Below are positions 30,943 through 41,042 of a DNA stretch of 64,000 bases, piece after piece (the first letter of the stretch is position 1; every line of letters starts with the position of its first letter). The stretch lies in NCBI GenBank assembly GCA_963725585.1, contig CAVRYU010000009.1:413070-477069 (forward strand). The letters are read 5' to 3'. The DNA is from an uncultured Bacteroidales bacterium (GTDB taxonomy: Bacteria; Bacteroidota; Bacteroidia; Bacteroidales; VadinHA17). The position numbers and the translations under genes are program-made. The notes beneath the pieces are model-generated. The model did no database searches. It was not told the origin of the DNA and worked only from the letters and a program-made list of their open reading frames with translations.

Positions 30943-32712
30943 TTATTTGTATGTTAAAGTCACCTCCGATACTGAAGCTCCAGGTTCAATCATTGGCAGC
31001 ACATTTGCCTCCTTGTCGATTTTTATATCGAGCAGGTATGGTCCGTCTGCCTCAAGCATTTCAACCAGTGATTTTTTCAGTTCCTCTCTTTCCGACACAA
31101 TTTTTGCAGGTATGCCATACCCTTTTGCAATAGTTATAAAATCGGGATTGACAAGTTCGGTTGATGCATACCTTTTCGAGTAGAACATATCCTGCCATTG
31201 TCTTACCATTCCAAGGAAATTATTATTCAGGATAATGATCTTAACCGGGATCCTGTACTGCATTATTGTTCCGAGTTCCTGTATCGTCATCTGGAATCCA
31301 CCGTCACCAATAAATGCAACTACCTGTTTGTCGGGCTTTCCGATTTTTGAACCAATCGATGCAGGAAGTCCGAAGCCCATAGTTCCCATACCACCTGATG
31401 TTACAAGACTGTTAGGGTTTGAAAAGCCGTAATAACGTGCGACCGACATCTGATTCTGTCCGACATCAGTCACAATTATTGCATCACCCTTCGTCAGTTC
31501 AGAAACCAGCCTGACAACTTCTCCCATCTTAAGCTTCCCTTTTTCAGGTCTTGTTTCGGACTTAATAACTTTTTCATATTCAGTCTTGTCGCAGATCCTG
31601 AATTCCCTTATCCATTTTTCATAACTTTTTTTCTGAACTATGGGAATCAGATAATTAAGGACCTCTTTTGCATCATTGTTTATTTCCAGATCGACTATTA
31701 CATTTTTATTGATCTCTGCTTCATCGATTTCGATATGAATTATCCTTGCATTTTTTGCATATTTTTTAAGGTTCCCTGTTACCCTGTCATCGAAACGCAT
31801 TCCGATGGCAATAATTAGATCAGCCTCATTTGTAAGCAGGTTTGGACCATAGTTCCCATGCATCCCGAGATATCCCGTATAGAGACGATGCCCTGATGGA
31901 AACGAAGAGAGACCGAGCAGGGTTACTGCAACAGGGATTCCGGTTTTTTCGGCAAATTTCAGAAGCTCGTCTTCAGCTCCAGATAAAAGCACTCCGTGTC
32001 CTGCAAGGATAAGCGGCTTTTCAGCATGATTGATCATAATTGCAGCTGATTCGATTGCCCTTGTATGCAGTTTAATGTGGGGATTATAACTCCTTATATA
32101 ATTACACTTTTTATATTTAAAGTCGAGCTTTTCGTACTGGGCATCCTTTGTAATATCAATGACAACTGGTCCGGGCCGCCCGGTTTTCGCAATGTAAAAT
32201 GCCCGTGCGATTGTTTCAGGGATATCAACCGATTTCTTTATCTGGGCATTCCATTTAACAACAGGCATCGAAACCCCAAGTATGTCAGTCTCCTGGAAGG
32301 CATCCGTCCCGATCAGGTTTGAAACCACCTGTGCCGTTATGAATACTACAGGAATAGAATCGAGATAAGCATTTGCTATCCCGGTAATCAGATTGGTTGC
32401 CCCCGGACCGGATGTCGCAAAGCACACACCAGTCTTGCCTGTAACCATAGCATAAGCCTGGGCAGCATGAGCCGCACCCTGTTCATGCCTTGTAAGTATA
32501 TGGTTCAGTCTGCCTTCATAATCGAGAAGACGGTCGTAAACCGGCATTATGGCACCTCCCGGATAACCGAAAATAGTATCCACACCTTCCTCAACCAGGC
32601 ACCTGAGAAGTGCCTCAGCACCGGTAACTGTCTCAAACCCGTTTGTCTGTTCCTTAACCTGTATCGTTTCCTTTTCAGTCTTCATAAAATAACTTTTATC
32701 TTTATCGATCAT
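30943..32712 (-). CDS. ilvB: Acetolactate synthase large subunit (ThDP-dependent)
   Basis: 589 aa (GAEALLRCLVEEGVDTIFGYPGGA, GGMGTMGFGLPASIG, GDGGFQM). The start could also be the internal ATG at 32685. Confidence 0.9.
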   Translation of the reverse strand: MIDKDKSYFMKTEKETIQVKEQTNGFETVTGAEALLRCLVEEGVDTIFGYPGGAIMPVYDRLLDYEGRLNHILTRHEQGAAHAAQAYAMVTGKTGVCFATSGPGATNLITGIANAYLDSIPVVFITAQVVSNLIGTDAFQETDILGVSMPVVKWNAQIKKSVDIPETIARAFYIAKTGRPGPVVIDITKDAQYEKLDFKYKKCNYIRSYNPHIKLHTRAIESAAIMINHAEKPLILAGHGVLLSGAEDELLKFAEKTGIPVAVTLLGLSSFPSGHRLYTGYLGMHGNYGPNLLTNEADLIIAIGMRFDDRVTGNLKKYAKNARIIHIEIDEAEINKNVIVDLEINNDAKEVLNYLIPIVQKKSYEKWIREFRICDKTEYEKVIKSETRPEKGKLKMGEVVRLVSELTKGDAIIVTDVGQNQMSVARYYGFSNPNSLVTSGGMGTMGFGLPASIGSKIGKPDKQVVAFIGDGGFQMTIQELGTIMQYRIPVKIIILNNNFLGMVRQWQDMFYSKRYASTELVNPDFITIAKGYGIPAKIVSEREELKKSLVEMLEADGPYLLDIKIDKEANVLPMIEPGASVSEVTLTYK

Positions 32713-32719
32713 TTCTTAA

Positions 32720-32813
32720 CCCACCCCCCGCCCCTCCCAGGAGGGGAGCCTAATGTGTAAGCCCTCACCTCGCACCCCGTACCTCGTACCCGTCGTACCC
32801 CGTACCCCGTACC
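32720..32813. repeat. Degenerate C-run hairpin followed by a cgtacc microsatellite (ilvD-ilvB spacer)
   Basis: ccaCCCCCCgCCCCTCCcaggaGGGGAG is followed by ccccgtacctcgtacccgtcgtaccccgtaccccgtacc, which carries 5 copies of cgtacc. Confidence 0.7.
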
Positions 32814-34646
32814 TTATATAATCCGAACTGCTCCCTTATCTGCTGAGCTTACCAGTTTTGCATATGCTTTAAGTGAAGGCGGAATTGCCCTGTTTCTTTT
32901 TGAAGGTTTAAAGGCATTATCCCCTTTAAGTTGTTCTTCATGAATTCTTTCGACAAACTCATTTTCTGAAATAAGGGCATTTATTTTACGGCCGGGAACA
33001 TCTATTTCAATCTGATCACCTTTCCTGAGAACAGCAATTTCCCCACTTGCTGCTGCCTCTGGCGATAAATGTCCTATCGATAACCCTGATGTACCTCCTG
33101 AAAACCTTCCGTCAGTTATTAGAGCGCATTTCTTATCGAGAAGTTTTGATTTCAGATAGGAAGTAGGGTAAAGCATTTCCTGCATACCTGGTCCTCCTTT
33201 TGGCCCTTCATACCTTATAACCACAGCATCACCCTGGGTTACAATTCCTTTTAGAATTCCGTCCACAGCCTCTTCCTGCGATTCGAAAATAATTGCCGGG
33301 CCCTTAAATTTTAAAAGAGAAGGATCGATGCCCGCAGTTTTAACAATACATCCGTTCTTTGCGATGTTTCCATAAAGCACAGCGAGACCTCCGTCTTTAT
33401 TATAGGCGTTTTGCATGCTTCTTATACATCCGTTCTTCCTGTCGGTATCAGGATCGTCATAAAAAGTGCTCTGGGAACCCATCTCAAGATTCTTTTTCAT
33501 TGATGGAGCACTCATCCAAAGATCTTTTGCCTCAGGCAGGATTTCACTGCTCATAATGTCCCAATCGGCAATTGCCTTGTGCAGGCTGTTATAATCGATA
33601 CGTTTCACAGAACTATCTATCAGTTTATTGCGTTCAAGTTCTCCCATTATTGAAAGAATTCCTCCGGCTCTGTTAACATCCTGTATGTGGTACCTGGAAC
33701 TCGGCGAAACTTTACAGATGTTAGGTATCCGTCGCGATAGTTCATCAATATCTTTCATTGTAAAATCAACACCGGCTTCATGAGCAATTGCAAGAAGATG
33801 GAGAACAGTATTAGTCGATCCGCCCATGGCTATATCAAGCGACATTGCATTCATAAACGCCTGTTTTGTTGCAATTGATCGCGGCAAAATGTCTGAATCA
33901 CCGTCGACATAATATCTGTTTGCGAGACTGACTATTAATTTTGCGGCCTTTTCGAAAAGTTTCAGTCTGTTGGAATGAGTGGCAAGTACTGTACCGTTAC
34001 CGGGCAATGCCAGACCAAGGGCTTCAACAAGGCAGTTCATGGAGTTTGCTGTAAACATCCCTGAGCATGATCCGCATGTAGGGCAAGCCGACATCTCCAT
34101 TTCATAAAGGTCCTTATCACTTACAGAGTCATCGGCTGCAGATACCATCGCGTCGATCAGATCGATATTTCTGTTCCGGTAGTTGCCGGCCTCCATGGGC
34201 CCGCCTGAAACAAATACTGCTGGTATATTCAATCTCATCGATGCCATAAGCATACCAGGAGTTATTTTATCGCAATTGCTTATACATATCATTGCATCAG
34301 CCAGATGGGCATTACATACATATTCTACGCTGTCTGCTATAAGTTCCCTTGACGGGAGGGAATAAAGCATTCCTTCATGCCCCATTGCTATGCCGTCGTC
34401 TATTGCTATAGTATTGAATTCAGCTGCAAACAGACCCTGCTTTTCAATCTCTTTTTTTATGGACTGTCCTATGCTATGAAGATGAACATGTCCGGGAACG
34501 AATTGCGAGAAGGAGTTGACGATTGCTATCACGGGTTTTCCGAACTGATCCTCTTTCATTCCGTTTGCCCGCCAGAGACTTCTTGCACCGGCCATGTTCC
34601 TTCCTGTTGTTGTTCTTGAACTTCTGAGCTGATTTTTCATCGCCAT
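32814..34646 (-). CDS. ilvD: Dihydroxy-acid dehydratase
   Basis: 610 aa ([43 protein letters not shown]). Confidence 0.9.
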   Translation of the reverse strand: MAMKNQLRSSRTTTGRNMAGARSLWRANGMKEDQFGKPVIAIVNSFSQFVPGHVHLHSIGQSIKKEIEKQGLFAAEFNTIAIDDGIAMGHEGMLYSLPSRELIADSVEYVCNAHLADAMICISNCDKITPGMLMASMRLNIPAVFVSGGPMEAGNYRNRNIDLIDAMVSAADDSVSDKDLYEMEMSACPTCGSCSGMFTANSMNCLVEALGLALPGNGTVLATHSNRLKLFEKAAKLIVSLANRYYVDGDSDILPRSIATKQAFMNAMSLDIAMGGSTNTVLHLLAIAHEAGVDFTMKDIDELSRRIPNICKVSPSSRYHIQDVNRAGGILSIMGELERNKLIDSSVKRIDYNSLHKAIADWDIMSSEILPEAKDLWMSAPSMKKNLEMGSQSTFYDDPDTDRKNGCIRSMQNAYNKDGGLAVLYGNIAKNGCIVKTAGIDPSLLKFKGPAIIFESQEEAVDGILKGIVTQGDAVVIRYEGPKGGPGMQEMLYPTSYLKSKLLDKKCALITDGRFSGGTSGLSIGHLSPEAAASGEIAVLRKGDQIEIDVPGRKINALISENEFVERIHEEQLKGDNAFKPSKRNRAIPPSLKAYAKLVSSADKGAVRII

Positions 34647-34657
34647 AAAGATCTTTT

Positions 34658-34690
34658 AAAAAAAAAGCTTCCCGGTGATCCGGAAAGCCT
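34658..34690 (-). terminator. Intrinsic terminator of the Ile/Leu attenuator, 11 nt upstream of the ilvD start
   Basis: The minus strand reads GCTTTCCGGatcaCCGGGAAGCttttttttt. Confidence 0.8.
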
Positions 34691-34724
34691 CTGTATGTTT
34701 ATATTAATACATATTATTCCCGGA

Positions 34725-34784
34725 TCATTTGCCTGTGGCAAGAATGAGGATGAGGGCGATAATATGGATTAAAGTTTTCTTCAC
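34725..34784 (-). CDS. Ile/Leu-rich leader peptide (V/M)KKTLIHIIALILILATGK
   Basis: 19-codon ORF with 5 Ile and 4 Leu codons. It is GTG-initiated, with no in-frame ATG. The stop region tgatccgg is complementary to ccggatca in the terminator 5' arm and loop. Confidence 0.65.
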   Translation of the reverse strand: MKKTLIHIIALILILATGK

Positions 34785-34806
34785 TGTTTTCTTTAAAATT
34801 GAATGA

Positions 34807-34814
34807 CAAAAGTA
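34807..34814 (-). promoter_or_regulatory. Bacteroidota -7 promoter box (TACTTTTG) for the ilv-leu leader
   Basis: Matches TAnnTTTG, 22 nt upstream of the leader GTG. Confidence 0.5.
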
Positions 34815-34855
34815 TTTAATTTTTTAATATATCAAATAAAAACAGCATTTTTTAT

Positions 34856-36272
34856 TCATTTTTTATTTTTTTGTTCAGCGGTAAGCTGATCCGGAACTTT
34901 GCCCCTGACTTCCAATTTGATTACAGTTGCAACCTGATCGGGTGCTGAAGCAGGCAATGAAATGGTTAGTGCACCATCTTTTGAGTTCATTGTCTTGACT
35001 TTTGTTCCGTCAGACAGGATCCTTGCAGAAACCACACTGTTCTTCAAACCGGGGATAATCAGCTTTCCATTTGACGGCCATTCAAAAACTGAAAAATAAA
35101 GAATGGTTCCATTTTTTGTCTCTTTTTTTGTGCATCGTCCCCATTGGAAAAGACCCCATGGACTTGCTTTGGTCCCATATACTGCTTCTCCGTTAACCTT
35201 CATCCATTTACCAATTTCGGTAAGTATGTTCACACTTTCAGGCGGAAATTCTCCTTCTGCCGTCGGTCCAACATTCAGCAGGAAATTGCCACCTTTTGAC
35301 GCAATATCAAGAAGGTTCTGAATAAGTGTCTTTGGTGTTTTATAGTTATGATCATAGCTTTTATAACCCCATGTCCCGTTCATTGTCATGCATGTCTCCC
35401 AGTCGGTTCCGTCGAGATCAGCCAGATTTGGGATCCTCTGTTCCGGGGTTTTATGATCTCCCGGGAAATTCGGTCGTTTCAGCCTGTCGTTTGTAATAAT
35501 TGCAGGTTGAAGTGATAGCAGTGACTGAAGCTTCGTGGCGGCATCGTCCGTCATATTTGTTGGTGTATCCCACCACAAAACAGCCAGTTCACCATAATTT
35601 GTAAGAAGCTCCTTTACCTGAGGCACCGATACTGCATCGATATATTCAGCGAAAGTTCTTTTTTCCTGTGCGGGATCCCAGTGACCGTTATGCTCTTTTG
35701 TATAAGCATCAATAATTACTGAATCCGGATTTGCCCATCCCTCTTTCATCGGCCTTCTGGCAGCAGATCCGCCCGGATTATTCCAGTCCTGAGCTTGTGA
35801 ATAATAAAATCCGAGTTTTATACCGTATTTTTTGCATGCTTCAGCAAGCGGTTTTAAAAGATCTTTCCCATAAGGTGTCGCATCAACCACGTTCCATTTA
35901 CTTGCTTTGGTTTCAAAAAGTGCAAAACCGTCGTGATGCTTGGATGTGATCACTATATACTTCATTCCTGCATCTTTTGCCATTCTTACCCATGCATCAG
36001 GATCATATTTTACTGGATTGAAATCTTTGGCAATTCTCTGATAATCAGCTACCGGTATCTTTCCCCGGTTCATAATCCATTCCCCGATCCCTCCGATCTG
36101 CCTTCCGTCCCAGGTTCCCGCAGGTACCGCGTAGACGCCCCAGTGAATGAACATACCGAAACGGGCTTCGCGCCACCATTGCATTCTTTCGTCTTTTGTA
36201 AGAGCTTTCTGGGCTGTTTCCCTGAACCATCAGGAAAATTAAATACACATGTTGTCGATTAACCTTTTTCAT
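34856..36272 (-). pseudogene. GH29 alpha-L-fucosidase; catalytic ORF intact from 36184, N-terminal signal region apparently out of frame
   Basis: The 442-aa ORF starts MQWWREARFGMFIHWGVYAVPAG (GH29 core). That frame stays open upstream (..ETAQKALTKDER). The only plausible signal peptide (MKKVNRQHVYLIFLMV, ATG 36272) is one base out of frame, with the join near 36210-36229. Confidence 0.7.
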
Positions 36273-36293
36273 TTTTGTATCTATTTGTTACAA

Positions 36294-37466
36294 TTATTCC
36301 ATCCATATCACCGGATTTCTTACCGGCAGATTTCTTATAACCTCTTCATTTGAAGGAAAATGATCAAGCATTTTCCATGTATTGAGCCATGATTTTTCAC
36401 CAAACTTGTATGCTCCGAACACCAGGAAGGGATGTGCAACCGGCCAGTTATCCCAGTACATTACATCCCTGGGGTAGGTCCATTTGGTTTTATCAGCTAC
36501 AAAAGGATAAAGAAATTCGATTCCTTTCCGAAGTGATTTCCCATCAGGGGTCTGATAATTAAACAGGTCATTGCTTGCGTCAGAAAGTATCAGGCAGACC
36601 ATTGTCATTGCATCAAGGTTGAACAATGAATAGCCGTATGGCTTTGTCCGTCTCAGTTCCTGCGGGAAACTTCCGTCAGGAGCCATCTGTTCCGGAAGCA
36701 GGATCTCCCTGTACCTCTGCCTGCAGAAATCAAGAATCTTTTCATTACCTGTCAGCCTTGCAAACGACGCAACCTGCATGACCCAGCACGTTGCATGATT
36801 ATTCTTTGCATTCATTTCATCAATGCTGTACTGGTGGGTCATCAGCCATTCGATATACTCCGAGAACCATGATTTTATAGTCTCAAGGAGTTTTTTATCA
36901 ACCCATCCTGCTTTTTCGATTGCCAGTATCGACTGGGCAACTTCCATCAGATGAATAGTATCTATTATTCCGGTACCTCTGCCGGTAAACCTTCCCTTTA
37001 TAGCCTGGGCATAAAGAAGCGAGGGATTCATTCTGGTAGCTGTGTCGGCAAACCATGCAGACAGGTGGAGAAAAGCCTGCCTTACATATTTTTCATCACC
37101 GGTGATTTTATATGCCGATGCCAGCAAACCGGTGATCTGGCTCAAGCGGATCATTGCCTTCCGATGCTCAGTAAAATTACCTGGATTTGTCATTCCGTCC
37201 CGCTGAATATATGGACCATCAGGATTTTCAGGATCAGGCCACCAATAGTCCCCTTCCGAATAAAAATCATGGATCCCTCCGGCACTCCGGTCACAGGAGA
37301 ATGATGTTACTGTAACTGGTTTTTCATAAAGAACTTTGTCAGCACGGGCAATTATTTCAGTTCTGAGTAATCTAATTGTCTGACGTTTGATTCCTCTTTC
37401 AGAACAAACTCCTAGGACAGGAATAAGAATAATTGAAAAAAATAATGATGAGAATTTAAATGACAT
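36294..37466 (-). CDS. Alginate-lyase-family (PF05426-like) polysaccharide lyase, secreted
   Basis: 390 aa with a signal peptide. The DFYSEGDYWWPDPENPDGPYIQRDG motif and alpha/alpha-toroid-like composition recall this family. The assignment is from memory only. Confidence 0.45.
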   Translation of the reverse strand: MSFKFSSLFFSIILIPVLGVCSERGIKRQTIRLLRTEIIARADKVLYEKPVTVTSFSCDRSAGGIHDFYSEGDYWWPDPENPDGPYIQRDGMTNPGNFTEHRKAMIRLSQITGLLASAYKITGDEKYVRQAFLHLSAWFADTATRMNPSLLYAQAIKGRFTGRGTGIIDTIHLMEVAQSILAIEKAGWVDKKLLETIKSWFSEYIEWLMTHQYSIDEMNAKNNHATCWVMQVASFARLTGNEKILDFCRQRYREILLPEQMAPDGSFPQELRRTKPYGYSLFNLDAMTMVCLILSDASNDLFNYQTPDGKSLRKGIEFLYPFVADKTKWTYPRDVMYWDNWPVAHPFLVFGAYKFGEKSWLNTWKMLDHFPSNEEVIRNLPVRNPVIWME

Positions 37467-37535
37467 ATAATATTTCCCGTTATCGCCTTTACGCCGTTAT
37501 GTCGTTATGTTTCAATTTCTAACCGCACCTCTAAT

Positions 37536-38528
37536 CTATCTGAACTGTTTTACGTATTCGAGAAAAGTCTTTGCGGCTTTGTCGAGGTTTTGAACAGAGC
37601 CTCCACCTTCCAGTACTTCGCACATTTCATATGTGATATATCCCTGGTATCCTATTTCCTTGAGTGTGTTTATAAAGGTTTTGTAATCGAGAAATCCCTC
37701 ACCGATTGGTACTGCTCTCATCTGTGATTCCCTTCTTACATAATTCGTGTGGTTGAGTTCATATGTATATCTTGGAAGCTCCTTATAGTCAGCGGTTGTG
37801 GTATGGACAATGTAAGGCTTCATCGTATAAATAGCCTCCTTAATCTCTTCAGGGGTCAATCCTTCAAGAGTCGGTGACCAGCAGTCGAAGGCCGCTTTCA
37901 CATTTGGCAGATTTACTTCATCAAGAAGCCATTTCATGGCATCATGATGAAGAGCAATGTCGTGATGGTTTTGAATTGCAAGCGTCACACCATATTTTGC
38001 AGCCAGTTTACCGGCCATCTGCAGTCCTTCCACAACCATTGAATACTGTTTATCGTAAGGAACATCAGGCCGCTCATAACCGGTATAGATACGAACCATG
38101 CTGGTTCCGATATCCCTTGCAAGCCGTGCAAGCTCACCGATATAAGTTGCCTGGATCTCAACATTTGGTATTCCGGCCTTATCTACACCAGCTGTAAAAT
38201 CGCAATATCCTGCGAGACAAACCAGCTCAAGACCAAGTTCTTTAATTCTTGCTTTAAGCTTTTGCCTGGCAGCATCATCATAATCGAGAATTGAAACATG
38301 AGGCCGTTTCGCAGCCAGCATTACTCCGTCAAAGCCGAGTTCCTTTGCCTTTAACAGGAATTCATCTACGGTGAGTGTTGCCTGACCGCGCCAGATTCCC
38401 ATATAGCTTACCGAATGAAGGCATGTTTTAACTTTAAAATCAGCCGGGTTCCCTGTTGGAATCTTTTGACTGAAAATATTGAATACAATTAAAAACAAGG
38501 AAGAAATTGTAATTACCAGCTTTTTCAT
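37536..38528 (-). CDS. Xylose-isomerase-like TIM-barrel protein (sugar phosphate isomerase/epimerase family), secreted
   Basis: 330 aa with a Sec signal peptide. Family-typical segments are present (LELVCLAGY, VRIYTGYE, LAIQNHHD, YITYEMC). Confidence 0.7.
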   Translation of the reverse strand: MKKLVITISSLFLIVFNIFSQKIPTGNPADFKVKTCLHSVSYMGIWRGQATLTVDEFLLKAKELGFDGVMLAAKRPHVSILDYDDAARQKLKARIKELGLELVCLAGYCDFTAGVDKAGIPNVEIQATYIGELARLARDIGTSMVRIYTGYERPDVPYDKQYSMVVEGLQMAGKLAAKYGVTLAIQNHHDIALHHDAMKWLLDEVNLPNVKAAFDCWSPTLEGLTPEEIKEAIYTMKPYIVHTTTADYKELPRYTYELNHTNYVRRESQMRAVPIGEGFLDYKTFINTLKEIGYQGYITYEMCEVLEGGGSVQNLDKAAKTFLEYVKQFR

Positions 38529-38611
38529 CGTAAGGTTATTAATTTGTGATTGAGTCGAATAAAAGTATAAAAAATCTTCCTATATTCAGCGATCATTTCA
38601 ACATTACTGTC

Positions 38612-40019
38612 ATGCGAAAAAATCTTCTTTTCCTGTTTTTTGTTGTGCTTTCAATTCTGCATTCAAATGCACAGGTACCTCAGGATGTTTACAGAAAGCC
38701 GCTTAAGGAGGTTCTGTCGGAAATAGAAAAACGTCATGATATAAAGATTCAGTACAGCGAAAGCCTTGTCAAAGGAGTAGATGTCCTTTATCCTTCATGG
38801 AGATACAGGATTGATACTGAGGAAACTCTGACAAATATCCTCTTCCCTCTTGATATGATTTTTACTAAAACAGGTGATAAGATTTACCAGGTAATCAAAT
38901 ATGCATATCATGTCCGGCCGGTGGAGGAAGGGAAAAAAGATCTGGACCAGCTTCTGTCTCTTTATAAAGATCTTCCGGCCTGGGAATCGCGGAAGGCTGA
39001 ACTGAGGAAATGCTTCCTTTCACAGATGAATCTTTCGCCATTACCAAAGAGGACTCCGCTAAATCCAATCTATACTCCAAAAAGGAAAATGGATGGTTAT
39101 ACTGTTGAAAATGTAGCAATTGAGACCATTCCTGGAGTATACCTCTGCGGTTCACTTTACAGGCCCGCCAAAGGGAAAGGACCGTTTCCTGCAATACTAT
39201 GCACCCATGGACATGCAAGCAGTACAGACCTCAATCAATATGGTCGCTACAGACCTGATCACCAGTACCGTTGCGCCATGCTTGCAAAAATGGGTGCGGT
39301 TGTTTTCAGCTATGAAATGTTTGCGTGGGGGGAATCACAATTGCAGGTCAGACAATGAGGTACACCGCACAGGACTGGCAATGACAATGCAGACATTGAA
39401 CTCGATGCGTGTAATTGATTTCCTTACATCTTTGCCTTATGTCGATCCGAAACGGATTGGAGTCACCGGCGAATCAGGCGGAGGAACCCAGGCATTTCTT
39501 CTTACAGCTCTTGATGACCGGGTAACTGTAAGCGTTCCCGTTGTAATGGTCTCATCATATTTCTACGGAGGTTGTCCGTGCGAAAGCGGGCTGCCAATAC
39601 ATTCATGTTCAGATGCAGGAACCAACAATGCCGAAATAGCCGCTATGGCTTCTCCACGGCCGATGCTGGTAATTTCAGATGGAGACGACTGGACACAGCA
39701 TGTTCCTGAAATTGAGTTCCCTTATCTTCAAAAAGTTTATGATCTTTATGGTAAAAAGGAAAATGTTGAGAATGTTCATCTTGCAACTGAGGGACATGAC
39801 TATGGAGTTTCAAAGAGAATGGCAATGTACGATTTTATGGCTCGTCATATGGGGTTGAATATCAATGCAGTGAAAGATAAGACAGGTAAGATTGACGAAT
39901 CGAAGGTAACTATCGAAAATTATGAATCACTTCTGGTATTTGGAAAGGATGGGAAATTACCACCATCAGCAGTCAAAGGGCCTGAAGCGATAAGGGCAGT
40001 GTTAAAATCTTTGCAGTAA
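38612..40019 (+). pseudogene. Secreted alpha/beta-hydrolase esterase (acetyl-xylan-esterase/dienelactone-hydrolase-like), one frameshift as assembled
   Basis: The signal peptide is MRKNLLFLFFVVLSILHSNAQ. The first frame ends ..[17 protein letters not shown]. The second frame continues ..[32 protein letters not shown] (GxSxG). The frames join with one extra base near 39345-39352. Confidence 0.7.
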
Positions 40020-40068
40020 TTCATTAAAAAAATTTCTATTTTTACAAATAATAACCTTAATCCGACAT

Positions 40069-40091
40069 CCCCCTTCCCCCATCAAAGGGGG
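40069..40091. repeat. Truncated C/G-run repeat (type 1-like)
   Basis: CCCCCttCCCCCatcaaaGGGGG. Confidence 0.5.
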
Positions 40092-40142
40092 ACTATAAAT
40101 CTTGAATCTTATAAATTAATAATAAACTTTAAAGACAAAAAA

Positions 40143-41015
40143 ATGAAAAAAAGAAGATTAATTTCAATCATCCTGTTAATAGCAGTATCAGGCTTTATCT
40201 TTTCAACTTTTTATTCCTGTAAACCGGCAAAGAAAAATATCGGCTTGCAGTTGTATTCAATACGCGACTCAATAATGAGAGACGTGCCTGGCGCTATTTC
40301 AAAGGTGGCCAAAATGGGATATACGTTTGTTGAACCGGCAGGATATGACAACGGAAAATTCTATAATATGGCGCCGGCTGATTTCAAGGCTCTTTGCGAA
40401 AAGAATGGCCTTCTGGTGCTGAGTTCACATACCGGCCAGGCTCTTCCCGATTCAGCCAGCTGGGATAAAACAATGGCCTGGTGGGATGAATGTATAGCAG
40501 CTCATGCCGCCGTTGGAGTAAAATTCATCGTTCAGCCCTTCATGGGGGAGGAAGCCTACAGGAGTCTTGATACCCTTAAAAGATATTGCGATTACTTTAA
40601 TCTGATAGGTGAAAAATGCAATTCAAAAGGTATTCGTTTCGGATATCATAATCATGATAAAGAGTTCTCAACCCAGCTCGAAGGACAGACAATTTATGAC
40701 TTCATGCTGACAAATACCGATCCTGCAAAAGTTATGTTCGAAATGGATCTTTACTGGACCGTTGTTGGCGGTGCAAATCCCGTCAGTTATTTCGATAAAT
40801 ATCCCGGAAGATTCGAATTATGGCATATCAAGGATAAAAAAGAGATTGGAGGTAGCGAGATGATGGACTTTCCAGCAATTTGGGCTGCTGCTGCTCAATC
40901 AGGAATGAAATACGGTATTGTTGAAGTGGAAGAATACAGCTTCGACCAGTTTACAAGCTGCAAGGTAAGCTGCGACTTCCTGAATGAAGCAGATTATGTT
41001 GTAATGCCGATGTAA
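40143..41015 (+). CDS. Xylose-isomerase-like TIM-barrel protein, lipoprotein
   Basis: 290 aa with a lipobox (FSTFYSC). Family-typical segments are present (GLQLYSIRD, FGYHNHDKEF, MDLYW, ELWHIKD). Confidence 0.7.
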   Translation: MKKRRLISIILLIAVSGFIFSTFYSCKPAKKNIGLQLYSIRDSIMRDVPGAISKVAKMGYTFVEPAGYDNGKFYNMAPADFKALCEKNGLLVLSSHTGQALPDSASWDKTMAWWDECIAAHAAVGVKFIVQPFMGEEAYRSLDTLKRYCDYFNLIGEKCNSKGIRFGYHNHDKEFSTQLEGQTIYDFMLTNTDPAKVMFEMDLYWTVVGGANPVSYFDKYPGRFELWHIKDKKEIGGSEMMDFPAIWAAAAQSGMKYGIVEVEEYSFDQFTSCKVSCDFLNEADYVVMPM

Positions 41016-41042
41016 ACAGCCTTTTATACGAAATTTATTTTC

